From: an uncultured Thermoplasmatales archaeon
GTDB lineage: Archaea; Thermoplasmatota; E2; UBA202; DSCA01
Length of the DNA stretch: 47,061 nt
Direction of reading: 5' to 3'
Assembly (NCBI GenBank): GCA_964514975.1
Contig: CAZESS010000019.1
Coordinates: forward strand, 1 to 47,061
Translations under genes and position numbers: made by a program
Notes under the pieces: model-generated
Database searches by the model: none
Told to the model about the DNA's origin: nothing
Seen by the model: the letters and a program-made list of their open reading frames with translations, nothing else
In this document: positions 45,235-47,061 of the stretch, one piece after another
Position numbering within the stretch: the first letter of the stretch is position 1
Layout of the letters: each line of letters opens with the position of its first letter

Positions 45235-47061
45235 ATGCGATTCATCCCAGCAAGACGGAAAAAAAGCGTACTCCCCGCCGTCGCTCTCCTCACCATATTC
45301 TTCATAGCCATCCACACTGGCTCCCTTTTTCCGCCAGGCACAACACCGGCACAGGCCACCTCCCCCGCAACAGAGACACACGCCGGCGACACACAAACGC
45401 GCAGCACCGCCCTCAACCTCAACGCGCCATACTACGGATTCGCCTGGAAAGACAACGGCGCCACCCCGTACAACTATGTCTTCAACACCGGAGCAAATGG
45501 TGCCCTGCAATACGTAGGCGTCGGCTCCGACCAGGACGGCAGCCATGAACGATACCGCGGCTTCTCCCAGTGGGATACCGCAAGCATACCAGACAGCTCA
45601 AACATCACAAAGGTAGAACTCAGCCTCTACGTCACCCCATACCAAAACGATCCCTTCGGAATAGACAACTGGGACACCCAGCAATGCCACCTCGAAATCT
45701 ACGAAATGACACACCAGCCATCCAGCTACGACACCACAACAGAAGGAACAGATGGCAGCAGCCCCGCTCTCTACGACGATGCAGCCGACGGCACCGCCTA
45801 CATGAGCTCTGACCTCGTCCAGGCAAGCAACTCCGGCTGGACACCATACTACAATCTCGGCTCCAGCGCAGCAGACACGCTCGAAAACCAGCTCGCAGAC
45901 AACTGGTTCTCAGTCGGATACCACGACCACGAAGAAGGAACAAGCGACCAGGGTATCTGCCTCTACGCTGGAGGCAACTATGCAGACCTCCGGGTCACCT
46001 ACAAGCCAGCGCATCCCGACCTCACCATCCAGGACATACAAACCACGCCCTCCCCGCTCATAACAGGAGAGAGCGCAACCGTGCACGTCACCATCAAAAA
46101 CCAGGGAGAAGCATCAGTCAACAGCCTGTGCCGAACCGAGGTCACCGCCGAAGCAACGGGCACCACCAAGAGCACCTATCCTACTCTCGACCTGAACTCC
46201 GGCGAAACAGCCACCTACGATTTCACCTTCGCCGGCACAGAGATAAGCACGCCCTCGTTCAACGTCACCGCATGCACCGACGTCTACCTCGATGTCACCG
46301 AATCAAACGAGAGCAACAACTGCCGGTCTGAAAGCCTGCCCGTCGACAGCGACACAACGCCGCCAGCAATAACCGCCGTGACAGCCCAGCCAGATCCCCA
46401 GAATGCAGAAGGCCCGGTCAACATCACCTGCACTGTCACAGACAACCAGGCCGTCGACAGCATCCACGTCCACATCACCTATCCAGACAGCAGCACCCAC
46501 AACATCTCACTTGCCCAAAGCCAGGACAGCTACTACCACCAGGCCACCTACACAGACCCGGGCATCTACCAATATTACATATGGGCAAACGACACCAGCG
46601 GCAACGGCAACACATCATCAGCATACACATTCGAAATAAACGCGCCACCCGTCGCCCACGACGACGATGCATCCACGGCAGAGGACACCGCGACATGGAT
46701 ACATGTGCTGGCCAACGACACCGACACGGACGGAACCCTCCAGCCGTCAACCGTCACCATATCAGATACGCCAGCGCACGGCACCGTCTCCATCAACATG
46801 TCCACGGGCGACATCCAGTATACCCCACAGGCAGATTACCATGGCACGGATAGCTTCACATACACCGTTCAGGACGACGACAGCGCATCATCAAACACCG
46901 CAAACGTATCCATCTCAATACAGGATGTAAACGACCCGCCGACGGCAGCCTTCACGGCGGAACCATCAACGCCGTCAACATTTTATACGATATATTTCAA
47001 CAGCAGCAGTTTGGACAGCGATGGCTCGATTTTGAACTGGTCGTGGGATTTGGGTGATGGG
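45235..47061 (+). CDS. Large secreted multidomain surface protein (CARDB, Ig-like, cadherin-like/Big_9, PKD); runs off the window end and is absent from the ORF track
   Basis: Manual translation open to the end: MRFIPARRKK signal, PDLTIQDI..KNQG..ESNESNN, DTTPP, NAPPVAHDD..LAND.D.DG..GTDSFTY, NDPPTA..WSWDLGDG. Confidence 0.88.
   Translation, partial: MRFIPARRKKSVLPAVALLTIFFIAIHTGSLFPPGTTPAQATSPATETHAGDTQTRSTALNLNAPYYGFAWKDNGATPYNYVFNTGANGALQYVGVGSDQDGSHERYRGFSQWDTASIPDSSNITKVELSLYVTPYQNDPFGIDNWDTQQCHLEIYEMTHQPSSYDTTTEGTDGSSPALYDDAADGTAYMSSDLVQASNSGWTPYYNLGSSAADTLENQLADNWFSVGYHDHEEGTSDQGICLYAGGNYADLRVTYKPAHPDLTIQDIQTTPSPLITGESATVHVTIKNQGEASVNSLCRTEVTAEATGTTKSTYPTLDLNSGETATYDFTFAGTEISTPSFNVTACTDVYLDVTESNESNNCRSESLPVDSDTTPPAITAVTAQPDPQNAEGPVNITCTVTDNQAVDSIHVHITYPDSSTHNISLAQSQDSYYHQATYTDPGIYQYYIWANDTSGNGNTSSAYTFEINAPPVAHDDDASTAEDTATWIHVLANDTDTDGTLQPSTVTISDTPAHGTVSINMSTGDIQYTPQADYHGTDSFTYTVQDDDSASSNTANVSISIQDVNDPPTAAFTAEPSTPSTFYTIYFNSSSLDSDGSILNWSWDLGDG

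Noticed and set aside
1-47061. CRISPR array, cas genes, DGR or retron
   Set aside because: No regularly spaced repeats, reverse transcriptase or TR/VR pair seen

Overview
GC-rich archaeal chromosomal segment. The class I lysS, the psmA-SBDS-exosome-rpl37ae-rpoP-pcc1 superoperon, rfcS, hef and many secreted PKD/Ig/peptidase genes suggest an uncultured Thermoplasmatota lineage (inference). From left to right: an IS200/IS605-type right end abutting lysS; a GlcD/GlcF-like pair and pdaD; an AT-richer HEPN-MNT module; an internally deleted NosD-like surface gene; a MITE-like 301-bp element; lhr; secreted lipase and C1 peptidase genes; an internally deleted 5'-nucleotidase/SoxB-like remnant; a six-gene signalling operon; PfpI; a sulfurtransferase pair; an M20 peptidase; ALDH; tRNA-Val(CAC); the superoperon; an orphan citF; a release-factor paralogue; hef-rfcS; and two surface proteins, the last one partial. 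The strongest novel candidate is the HEPN-MNT module (5167-6224). Its MNT carries an extra, possibly Cas2/PaaX-like domain, and the module is bounded by two related ~35-bp palindromes and an apparent target duplication, so it looks like a transposase-less mobile toxin-antitoxin cassette. Other notable features are repeated in-frame microhomology-type deletions, a gene with two pairs of compensating frameshifts, and a kinase-less REC-GAF-7xPAS-DHp phosphorelay protein. All calls come from motif reading by eye; no searches were run.
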